17,401 bases of DNA, taken from positions 1 through 17,401 of the forward strand of contig CAZZDL010000017.1 of the NCBI GenBank assembly GCA_964652335.1, written 5' to 3'. Below are positions 1 through 7,181 of this stretch, piece after piece (position 1 is the stretch's first letter; every line of letters starts with the position of its first letter). The notes below the pieces were generated by a model, which was not told where the DNA came from, made no database searches, and saw only the letters and a program-made list of their open reading frames with translations. Origin of the DNA: Candidatus Micrarchaeota archaeon. Lineage in GTDB: Archaea > B1Sed10-29 > WALL01 > WAMD01. Both the position numbers and the translations under genes were made by a program.

Positions 1-930
1 CAAGAACGCTCTACCGACAGCGTGTTTTAAGTTAGACCCTTGGGAAATATCTCCAGTAACTGTAAGTGGGCTTTGCACTTCTACTCCTCCTTCAAAATCG
101 CCGTTATAGTTAATGATAAGTTTGTCATTACCATCGGAATGAACCAATGCTCTCTGATTTGTCTTGCTACCTATATCTCTTCCGTCATTCTTTCCTAAAA
201 CGAAATCTGAACCGTTTACATACAACCGCCCTCCGACAACCAGGGTTCCACTAACATCCAAATTCCCACCCACCTCTGCGTTCGCATTTGCAATAAGGTC
301 TCCAACGAGATCAAGCTCTCCTGTCATGTTTACCCTACCACTGCCTCCAGAGAGAACAAGATCTCTCCCTACTGAATAAATAACAAAATCATTTCCATCT
401 CCATAATTAGGATTGTTTTTGTTGTACATTATTCCACCAACGTATGTTCCACCCGCATTATTTACCTTTATGTATTGGTATCCGTTCGTAGTATCATCTA
501 CTCCCATAGTCAATGCATTAGTCGGATTCTCAACAAAGTCTGAAGGTGTCTTTCCTTGAAGAGTCTCAGATTCAAATGAATATGGAGAAATGCCAAGCTT
601 TACTCTTGTGAAGTTCTCTCCATTGACCTTGATCTCCAGCCACAGGTCTCTCCCGTCAAATACGCTTTCAGGAAAAGGATTCGTATCTCCAAGGTATGTG
701 GAGAATACTCCGCTTTGCACATTCAGCGTCTTGCTCTCGCTCCAAAGCTGAGTCCCGCCTGTATCACTGTCATATATAGCAAAGACAAAAGGAACATCTC
801 CATTAACAGGATTTCCATACGAGTCCGTCAGTCTCCCAATCAATGGAATGTTCTTTGCCATGGCTAATGGCATTATCAAAGCCATTAAGGCAATAAGAAC
901 GACCCAAAAAATTGCTCTAATTTTAATCAT
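1..930 (-). CDS. Secreted tail-fibre-like (trimeric fibre/adhesin) protein, 5' part; runs off the window edge and is absent from the ORF track
   Basis: Manual translation from ATG at 930 gives 310 stop-free codons to base 1: MIKIRAIFWVVLIALMALIMPLAMA-KNIPLIGRLTDSYGNPVNGDVPFVFAIYDSDTGGTQLWSESKTLNVQSGVFSTYLGDTNPFPESVFDGRDLWLEIKVNGENFTRVKLGISPYSFESETLQG...VGGNLDVSGTLVVGGRLYVNGSDFVLGKNDGRDIGSKTNQRALVHSDGNDKLIINYNGDFEGGVEV... It has a Sec signal peptide and a GAGGTG RBS at 937-942. Confidence 0.85.
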   Translation of the reverse strand, partial: MIKIRAIFWVVLIALMALIMPLAMAKNIPLIGRLTDSYGNPVNGDVPFVFAIYDSDTGGTQLWSESKTLNVQSGVFSTYLGDTNPFPESVFDGRDLWLEIKVNGENFTRVKLGISPYSFESETLQGKTPSDFVENPTNALTMGVDDTTNGYQYIKVNNAGGTYVGGIMYNKNNPNYGDGNDFVIYSVGRDLVLSGGSGRVNMTGELDLVGDLIANANAEVGGNLDVSGTLVVGGRLYVNGSDFVLGKNDGRDIGSKTNQRALVHSDGNDKLIINYNGDFEGGVEVQSPLTVTGDISQGSNLKHAVGRAFL

Positions 931-1007
931 GCAAACCACCTCTATCCGCCTCACAGCTACATTCTGATAAATCAGACACCAAATTTAAACGTTTCCCGGA
1001 CTGGTAT

Positions 1008-1020
1008 AAAAACTTTTAAA
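1008..1020 (+). promoter_or_regulatory. Candidate archaeal BRE/TATA promoter for the 1044 gene (likely leaderless)
   Basis: AAAAAC-TTTTAAA ends 23 nt before the ATG at 1044, and no SD is present. Confidence 0.5.
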
Positions 1021-1043
1021 CTAGACATTCCTAGACTAGAAAC

Positions 1044-3233
1044 ATGGAGAACAAAGCTATTGCGTTCACATTTATATCCTTATTTCTAATATCGCTAGCC
1101 TTTGCAAATTACACTGTTAGCTTTTCACCAGACAACTTTTCATTTTTCCCAAATGAAACTAGAGATTACACAGTCAAGCTAGTGAACAATGACCACGCCT
1201 TCAATGCAACTGTTACAATTAAATCCCTAGACACGACCTTGTTCCTAGTGAATAATAGTCAATCTGTAAATATAGAAATAGTCAACTGGGGTGTAGGAGA
1301 CGCATTCAACATACCAATAAACATAACCACGGCAGTAAGCGCAAATTTTAGTGATTCTGCAAATCTAAAAATAAACATCTACGACGAGGACAATGACTCA
1401 GATGTATACACTAGCTACAAGGAAGTTTCAATAGTAACACCTACCGGGTTGACTTACAGTCTAAACGCTAGTTTATCTGATGTTTCCACTCTAACTATTA
1501 TCGTTTTGTTTAACGATGATAGGAACTCAACAGAAATGAATGATGCATTAGTAAAAGACCTATTTGACTCATGGGCCAATGTAACTGCCAATGAAGAATT
1601 AATAGCATCAGGTACAAGTGACAATCTCACTTGCAAACTAGATCTCATAGGAAAAATAGGAAAAGCCGAACTTAACTACGGAGTAAACTATTCAACTGGA
1701 AGCCTTAACGAAAAGGCAAGTATAGAACTAGCCTATGAGCTGCAGTTAAACGCAACAGCCACATATCTAGGAGATATAAACTATTACTATCCACTAACTG
1801 AACCAGTAAAATCTGGAACATTAATTTGCGTTGAGGGGAATGTTACATACGATGGAGTATTCCCTCTAGGTTATTTTGGAGAAGACTATACACTAAACAT
1901 GACAGTAAAAAATAATGTAACCACAACGTATGAACTAACTCCAGATAATTATGGAAAATTCAAAAAATGCTTTAAAGCATCAAACGAAACAGGGAATTAT
2001 ACAATTACAATAGAGGCCATTGGAGTAAATAACTTAAAGGCCAATTGGAGCCATGACTTTAAAGTCAGTAACATAAAGGAATACAAACCAGAGGAAAACG
2101 TTATAACGCCAGAAGTTGCGGTCAGCTTGAGCGGAGATAATTTAACACTCGAAAACAAAAAGAGTATATATCTATTTGGTTGGCTAACTCTGAATGAAGA
2201 TAGCGAGTTTAAACATCTCGTCATTGGAAACAATAAAACATACATAAGCCTGGAACCAAATGGTAAAGTTACAATAAAGCTGAACATCTCAGCTGTTGAA
2301 GGCTGCCCACCAGGAACATACAAAATAAATGGAAAACTAGAAACTGCACTTGGAACAATACCGTTTTCCATAAGCTACAATGTGGCTCCAGAGACTGAAT
2401 CCATTGGTTGCAAGAGGTATTGGGAAAAATCTGAAAACAAAACAAGGATAATTTTGTACGCAGCAAATCCAACTGACTCAAAGGTTTCAATGCTAATAAG
2501 AGATGAAATACCAAAATCAGTAGTAAGTAATCTTAGCTTCTTAGAACCAGATCAGGATAACGAGCAAAGAGCAAAGAACTGTGAAGATGAAACCTGTGTG
2601 ATAGACATTGCAAAATCAACAAAAGACTGCGGTGTATGTGAATCGCAAAAATGCTGGGAGGAATGCATAAATGCATATTTACAATCTCCAGGAAACAAAA
2701 CCTACCCAATAATATTCATGCAAAAACCAACAGTAATAAAAAACGATCCTGTGGTCGCTTGGAACATAACCTTGGATCCAAATAGCGCATACAAGATAAC
2801 ATATATTATTGAAAACTCAACCAATCCTATGGAATTTCCTGAACCTATGGTGGATTATTCAGAAATTAAAACAATCACTCCGGCTGTCAATCAGACCAAC
2901 GAGACAAATCAGAGCCAATCCGAAGAGACAAACCAAAGTCTAATAGTGTATGAAAAAGAAAACGACCTGTTAATGCCAAGTATAACTGCTGCAATAATCG
3001 TGGCATTGGGATTAGGTATAGTCTTTTACATAAAGTTTAGAAAAAAGATAGAAAAAGAGCTTGAAAAGAGAGAAGGAGGAAGCGTTGAAACCCTTACTAA
3101 GCTAGTGAAACCCGAAGAACCTAAAGAAGAAAAAGAGATAATAAAAGAGGTGAAGAAAGAGAAGAAACCAAAGAAGAAGGAAAAATCCCCTGAAGAGGGA
3201 TTAGACGCCATTGGCGGAACATTCTTCAGATGA
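1044..3233 (+). CDS. Large secreted, C-terminally membrane-anchored surface glycoprotein (S-layer/Ig-like domains)
   Basis: N-terminal signal peptide (MENKAIAFTFISLFLISLAFA), roughly 30 N-x-S/T sequons, beta-rich body, six-Cys cluster, NQT/NET/NQS linker, TM helix (ITAAIIVALGLGIVFYI) and a K/E-rich cytoplasmic tail. Confidence 0.8.
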   Translation: MENKAIAFTFISLFLISLAFANYTVSFSPDNFSFFPNETRDYTVKLVNNDHAFNATVTIKSLDTTLFLVNNSQSVNIEIVNWGVGDAFNIPINITTAVSANFSDSANLKINIYDEDNDSDVYTSYKEVSIVTPTGLTYSLNASLSDVSTLTIIVLFNDDRNSTEMNDALVKDLFDSWANVTANEELIASGTSDNLTCKLDLIGKIGKAELNYGVNYSTGSLNEKASIELAYELQLNATATYLGDINYYYPLTEPVKSGTLICVEGNVTYDGVFPLGYFGEDYTLNMTVKNNVTTTYELTPDNYGKFKKCFKASNETGNYTITIEAIGVNNLKANWSHDFKVSNIKEYKPEENVITPEVAVSLSGDNLTLENKKSIYLFGWLTLNEDSEFKHLVIGNNKTYISLEPNGKVTIKLNISAVEGCPPGTYKINGKLETALGTIPFSISYNVAPETESIGCKRYWEKSENKTRIILYAANPTDSKVSMLIRDEIPKSVVSNLSFLEPDQDNEQRAKNCEDETCVIDIAKSTKDCGVCESQKCWEECINAYLQSPGNKTYPIIFMQKPTVIKNDPVVAWNITLDPNSAYKITYIIENSTNPMEFPEPMVDYSEIKTITPAVNQTNETNQSQSEETNQSLIVYEKENDLLMPSITAAIIVALGLGIVFYIKFRKKIEKELEKREGGSVETLTKLVKPEEPKEEKEIIKEVKKEKKPKKKEKSPEEGLDAIGGTFFR

Positions 3234-3278
3234 CCCTCTTGTCATCATAGTTTCCTCAGCACTCATAAGGCTCATCAT
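3226..3278 (-). ncRNA. Archaeal box C/D 2'-O-methylation guide sRNA (dual guide)
   Basis: Minus strand reads ATGATGA (C, 3278-3272) GCCTTATGAGTG (12-nt guide) CTGA (D', 3259-3256) GGAAACT ATGATGA (C', 3248-3242) CAAGAGGGTCAT (12-nt guide) CTGA (D, 3229-3226). All four boxes are perfect consensus with canonical 12-nt spacers. Confidence 0.93.
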
Positions 3279-3300
3279 CTAATAGCTCTTTGCCTTTTCA

Positions 3301-3308
3301 TATTTAAA
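3301..3308 (-). promoter_or_regulatory. TATA box for the C/D sRNA
   Basis: TTTAAATA on the minus strand ends 22 nt upstream of box C, the spacing expected for a TSS at about 3280. Confidence 0.6.
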
Positions 3309-3364
3309 TAATTATGCAAATTTCCAAATGAGATACAATGCTAACAACATTAAGACAAATCCTA

Positions 3365-3907
3365 TCATCTAACTCTCACCTTCTTCCTTGGACAAAACTC
3401 AATCTCACATCTTTCACATATCAATCCTTTCTTTCTAGTGTCAGGTGTAAATATTTTAACATTCCCTATCCCTGAAACTAGTTCATTCAATTTGTCATGC
3501 GGTATTGGCCTATCATATATCACATAGAAATTTCCATTCACATAGCTAAAAGAAACAATGCTTGCCAAACCGGACAGCTTATCCAAAAACTCTATCGCTC
3601 TATCCGGCGACGCCTCAAACTTAACTACTTCATATCCAATGTCTGGTGCTACCTTAGAAGGATCACCAACAGCGGATAATCCAGAGAAGATTGACCTCAA
3701 AACGAAGTTTCTCCTAACATCCCTTGTAAATGCATAGATGGTTTTCCTATCTACCCCAAGCTTAGAGGCTAGGCTAGACATACTTACATTAACTCCATTC
3801 ACAAAGAATTTATCTCCCTTGACAGATATACCAGAAGATAATAAGAAATTGGCAAGTTTCATCTTCTTCTTTGAATTGCTAAATAATGTATAAATGGCTG
3901 GAAACAT
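3365..3907 (-). CDS. COG2150-type predicted transcriptional regulator (HTH + ACT-like domain) with C-terminal CxxCx4C motif
   Basis: FLLSSGISVKG..FFVNGVNVSMSSLASKLGVDRKTIY (HTH) and VAPDIGYEVV are typical of this archaeal family; ends ICERCEIEFCPRK. Start re-called to ATG 3907, since the track's GTG 3922 lies in the GAGGGGG RBS. Confidence 0.8.
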   Translation of the reverse strand: MFPAIYTLFSNSKKKMKLANFLLSSGISVKGDKFFVNGVNVSMSSLASKLGVDRKTIYAFTRDVRRNFVLRSIFSGLSAVGDPSKVAPDIGYEVVKFEASPDRAIEFLDKLSGLASIVSFSYVNGNFYVIYDRPIPHDKLNELVSGIGNVKIFTPDTRKKGLICERCEIEFCPRKKVRVR

Positions 3908-3947
3908 AAAATCCCCCCTCACTTAATTCAACAAATTTATGGAATAT

Positions 3948-3960
3948 GGTTTATATAACC
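3948..3960. promoter_or_regulatory. Near-palindromic bidirectional TATA element between divergent genes
   Basis: GGTTTATATAACC reads as a TATA box on both strands and lies between the starts at 3907 (-) and 3992 (+). Confidence 0.5.
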
Positions 3961-3991
3961 GTAAGTTAAAATAAAACGGGGAGGAATCTAG

Positions 3992-4288
3992 ATGATAACA
4001 AAAGAGGAAGTTATCGAAAAACTTAAAGAAGTAATAGATCCCGAGCTAGGATTTAACATAGTGGATCTCGGCTTAATCTATGGAGTAGAGACAAATGGAG
4101 ACGATGTAAGCATTAAAATGACTCTAACATGGCCTGGATGTCCTTTGGCTCAGCAACTGGTAGGTAAGGCAAGGGAAGCTGTGGAATCAATCCCAGGAAT
4201 AGGAAAAGTCAATGTGGAGTTAGTGTTTGATCCTCCATGGAGTCCAGACATGATGAGCGAGGAGATAAAGAAAAAGATAATGGGCTAG
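3992..4288 (+). CDS. sufT: DUF59/SufT (PaaD-like) metal-sulfur cluster assembly protein
   Basis: Motifs VIDPELGFNIVDLGLIY, MTLTWPGCP and VELVFDPPWSPDMM; GGGGAGG RBS. Confidence 0.92.
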   Translation: MITKEEVIEKLKEVIDPELGFNIVDLGLIYGVETNGDDVSIKMTLTWPGCPLAQQLVGKAREAVESIPGIGKVNVELVFDPPWSPDMMSEEIKKKIMG

Positions 4289-4617
4289 ATCAAGCTTTTT
4301 AGCTCATCGCTTACAACCTTCAAATAATTGTTTAGTCCCATATGAACAAAATCCCTGTTATTTAGCATTCTGTATATGCGCTTTTGTGGATTCAAGACTT
4401 TGATTATTATCCTATCCACATGCTTAGAATTCTCTAGATAATCTAAAACTTCTTCCAACAAATCAGAGTGTCTATCCACAGATATAACTCCATCTATCCA
4501 CTCACCAGGTAGTCCAATTATTTCCCTAGGTCCCTTTTTGGCTAGTACTATCTCTCCCTTTTCATGCCTTCGCCTAAAAACTAGCTTGTCCTCCCCTCCA
4601 ATAATCTCTAAACTCAT
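4285..4617 (-). CDS. Hypothetical protein, possibly a degenerate GNAT fold
   Basis: 110-aa ORF filling the gap downstream of the reductase. The C-terminal pattern LLEEVLDYL...VDRIIIKV....RIYRMLNNRDF echoes GNAT motifs A/B. Confidence 0.6.
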   Translation of the reverse strand: MSLEIIGGEDKLVFRRRHEKGEIVLAKKGPREIIGLPGEWIDGVISVDRHSDLLEEVLDYLENSKHVDRIIIKVLNPQKRIYRMLNNRDFVHMGLNNYLKVVSDELKSLI

Positions 4618-4665
4618 TATTGGTCGCCTTGATTTATTTCTAGAAAAAGAAGTATTTACGCTTTT

Positions 4666-5766
4666 CTATATTGTACCAAATCCTTTCAAAAATCTGGAAA
4701 TTTTAAGTGCCTTTACTGGATGTCTTGAAAGATAGGATAAAAATACTGGAAAGGCGTTTTCTAGTCCTTCCATATCTGCGTGTTTCTCTAGAATTGAAAT
4801 AATTTCATCGTCCACAAGGCTAATCAACTCCTCAAAATCAGAATCTGAAAGCCTCCTGTAAAAATCATAAACTAGCTTGTGCATCCTCAGCTCCCTTCCA
4901 AACTTGGCTCTCCACTCACTCTCATAGCTAGACAACTCCCTTCCTTCTCCCAGTGTCTTGCCTAGGATCCTAGCACACGCTCCTCCTATAGCTATTCCCC
5001 CTCCAGTGCTGGCCTTTACCTGGGCGGCAGCATCACCGACTAGGGCTAAACTCCCATGCACAGCTGGTTTTCCATCGTATATGGGAATAAGCCCACCTGT
5101 TCTAGAGACTGGTTCCCATGGGTAACCTCTGCGTTTAGCTAGGAATCTTAAGGCTGTCTCTGGATCATAGTTTCCAAATTTCCTATTGGCTAGGCTAACA
5201 TCATATGCCAATCCCATTCTGGCTAAACCCTCACTAACAGGGATAACCCATGCAAAAAAACCAGGAGCAAATGATCCAAAATGCAATTCTACAGAATCCA
5301 TATCTGTCTTCATTTTATTCTCAATCTGGAATGCAGATAATAATTTCCTGTTTATTCCCACAGATTTGGCAAACAAGCTATTCGCTCCATCAGCTCCAAT
5401 TACTATGCCATTTAGCTTTGTTACCCTTTTTCCTAGGATTATTTCTGCCCCTTCTGACCTGGCTCCATATGCAAGGATGTTGTCAAATGCATCCCTATCC
5501 AGAACCAGAGCATAACCCTTTCCTTTGCTCAGCTCTATGTACTTCCCTGAAGGGGAAAATATCTTTGCACTAGAAACAGAATTCAAAACAGCATCTTCAT
5601 ACTCAATATCTAGACCGTCTAACCCAGATCTAGAAACCAACCCACCACATGCCTTTCCTCCTATCTTCCGCTTTGCCTCATACACAGTTACACTAGCACC
5701 TAGCCTGCTGGCCTCCCTAGCAGCCAGGAGGCCAGCAGGTCCAGCCCCTACTACGCTAATCCTCAT
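4666..5766 (-). CDS. Geranylgeranyl reductase-family FAD-dependent oxidoreductase (DGGR-like)
   Basis: GAGPAG Rossmann motif, ACGG, LDRDAFD, IGADG, PGFFAWVIP and LVGDAAAQVKASTGGGI. Confidence 0.9.
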   Translation of the reverse strand: MRISVVGAGPAGLLAAREASRLGASVTVYEAKRKIGGKACGGLVSRSGLDGLDIEYEDAVLNSVSSAKIFSPSGKYIELSKGKGYALVLDRDAFDNILAYGARSEGAEIILGKRVTKLNGIVIGADGANSLFAKSVGINRKLLSAFQIENKMKTDMDSVELHFGSFAPGFFAWVIPVSEGLARMGLAYDVSLANRKFGNYDPETALRFLAKRRGYPWEPVSRTGGLIPIYDGKPAVHGSLALVGDAAAQVKASTGGGIAIGGACARILGKTLGEGRELSSYESEWRAKFGRELRMHKLVYDFYRRLSDSDFEELISLVDDEIISILEKHADMEGLENAFPVFLSYLSRHPVKALKISRFLKGFGTI

Positions 5767-7082
5767 CTAGAAGCCTCCACCAAGGATTTGAACTTCTCCA
5801 CTAGTTCATTGACTTCTTCATTGGTCTCTGCTTCAACTGTCACCCGTATTATAGGTTCTGTATTGCTCTTCCTGATGAGGACCCATCCCTTACCCAAATC
5901 TATCCTTATTCCATCCATGGTATTAATCTCATATTCGCTGGCTAGTTTCTGCTTTAATTTCTCCATGACTGCGTCCTTTTCCCTTTCACCAACAGCAACC
6001 TTGACTTTTTTCCTTGGGTATGTTTCTATCTCGCTGGCAACTTCGCTAAGCTTATCTCCAGCTATTCTAGCTAATTCCATCACCACAGGAACAGAATCAT
6101 CAAATGGTAAAACACTTGGGATTATGAAATGTCCACTAGATTCTACACCAATCAAAGCATTTAACTCTTTAACATAATGGGTCATGAACGTATGTCCAAC
6201 AGGTATCCGTACCACCTCTATGCCCAAAGGCTCTAGATTTCTCTCCAGAGCCATACTACATTCAACATTGGCTACCACTTTGCCTCCTCCATGTTCCTCT
6301 GCCAGGTCTTTAGCAACTATTACAGTTATCTGTTCAGGAGTAAGGAAATTCCCCTTATTGTCAACAACGGTAACCCTATCCCCATCCCCGTCAAAGCCAG
6401 CCCCCATGGCAAGACCTTTGCTCAGAACTGTTTCCCTCAAGGTCTGGAGTCCATCTGGGTTTGGCTCTGGTGGTCTGTCACTCAAAGCTGGGTTTGGTTT
6501 TGAATACAAGAACACTGCGTTAGAATTGACAGAATTAAACAGCTCCTCTGCTACTAAGCTCACTGCCCCTCCACCACAGTCTATGCCAATGCCCATTCCA
6601 TTAAAATCGTACCTTGAGGAAAAATGATCCACATAGTCCTTTGCGTAATCCACGCTTTCATAACTACCATAATCCCTCCATGACTTCTTTGACGCTCCCT
6701 CTATTGAAAGCCTTTTTATCTTTGCCAGATCGTCTTCATAAAATCCAACTCCATCCGAATAGTAAAATTTCAGCCCATTGTACTCTGGAGGCAAATGTGA
6801 GGCGGTTACATAGGCAGTAGTCTTTCTATCCTCCTTCCATCCAGCAAAGAGAGCTACTCCAAAGCTAGCCACCCCTTGAAAAGCTAGATCACCCCCACCT
6901 TCTAGGAAACCTGCCATAAACGCTAGGGCTAGACTAGGACTTGTCTTCCTAATGTCATGAGAAAGGGTGGTGGATGAATAATTATCAGCTAGGGCTAGAC
7001 CTATCCTGTAGGCTGCATCTCCATCCAGCTCAGATGGAACCTTCCCCCTAATGTCGTAGGCTCTAAATATGTAGTCCTCCAT
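5763..7082 (-). CDS. Phosphomannomutase/phosphoglucomutase (alpha-D-phosphohexomutase)
   Basis: FRAYDIRG, phosphoserine loop TASHLPPEYNGLK, metal loop FDGDGDR, sugar loop ESSGH and RKSNTEP; 4-bp ATGA overlap with the reductase. Confidence 0.95.
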   Translation of the reverse strand: MEDYIFRAYDIRGKVPSELDGDAAYRIGLALADNYSSTTLSHDIRKTSPSLALAFMAGFLEGGGDLAFQGVASFGVALFAGWKEDRKTTAYVTASHLPPEYNGLKFYYSDGVGFYEDDLAKIKRLSIEGASKKSWRDYGSYESVDYAKDYVDHFSSRYDFNGMGIGIDCGGGAVSLVAEELFNSVNSNAVFLYSKPNPALSDRPPEPNPDGLQTLRETVLSKGLAMGAGFDGDGDRVTVVDNKGNFLTPEQITVIVAKDLAEEHGGGKVVANVECSMALERNLEPLGIEVVRIPVGHTFMTHYVKELNALIGVESSGHFIIPSVLPFDDSVPVVMELARIAGDKLSEVASEIETYPRKKVKVAVGEREKDAVMEKLKQKLASEYEINTMDGIRIDLGKGWVLIRKSNTEPIIRVTVEAETNEEVNELVEKFKSLVEASR

Positions 7083-7102
7083 CTCTATCCCCTATGTGGC
7101 AT

Positions 7103-7163
7103 TGTATAGATACAGCATATATAAAGGCAAAAGGGTTTAATAATACTTCATACAAATTCATAC
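7103..7163. promoter_or_regulatory. Divergent promoter region with candidate RHH operators
   Basis: Minus-strand TATA (TTTATATAT, 7117-7125), plus-strand BRE/TATA (AAAAGGG-TTTAATAA, about 7129-7143), palindrome TGTAT-AG-ATACA at 7103-7114, and direct repeat TTCATAC at 7147-7153 and 7157-7163. Confidence 0.55.
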
Positions 7164-7181
7164 CATTCTAAGAATAAAGGG

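Noticed and set aside
164..379. 71-aa plus-strand ORF from the track
   Set aside because: Antisense shadow of the real minus-strand fibre gene (930..<1).
2885..3190. NQT/NET/NQS and K/E-rich low-complexity repeats
   Set aside because: Ordinary glycosylated linker and charged cytoplasmic tail of the surface protein, not a DNA repeat element.
3226..3290. Possible fluoride (crcB) riboswitch suggested by GATGA...TGATGAC words
   Set aside because: Lacks the GGCGAUG/CGCC pairing and a downstream fluoride gene; the four-box C/D architecture explains the sequence fully.
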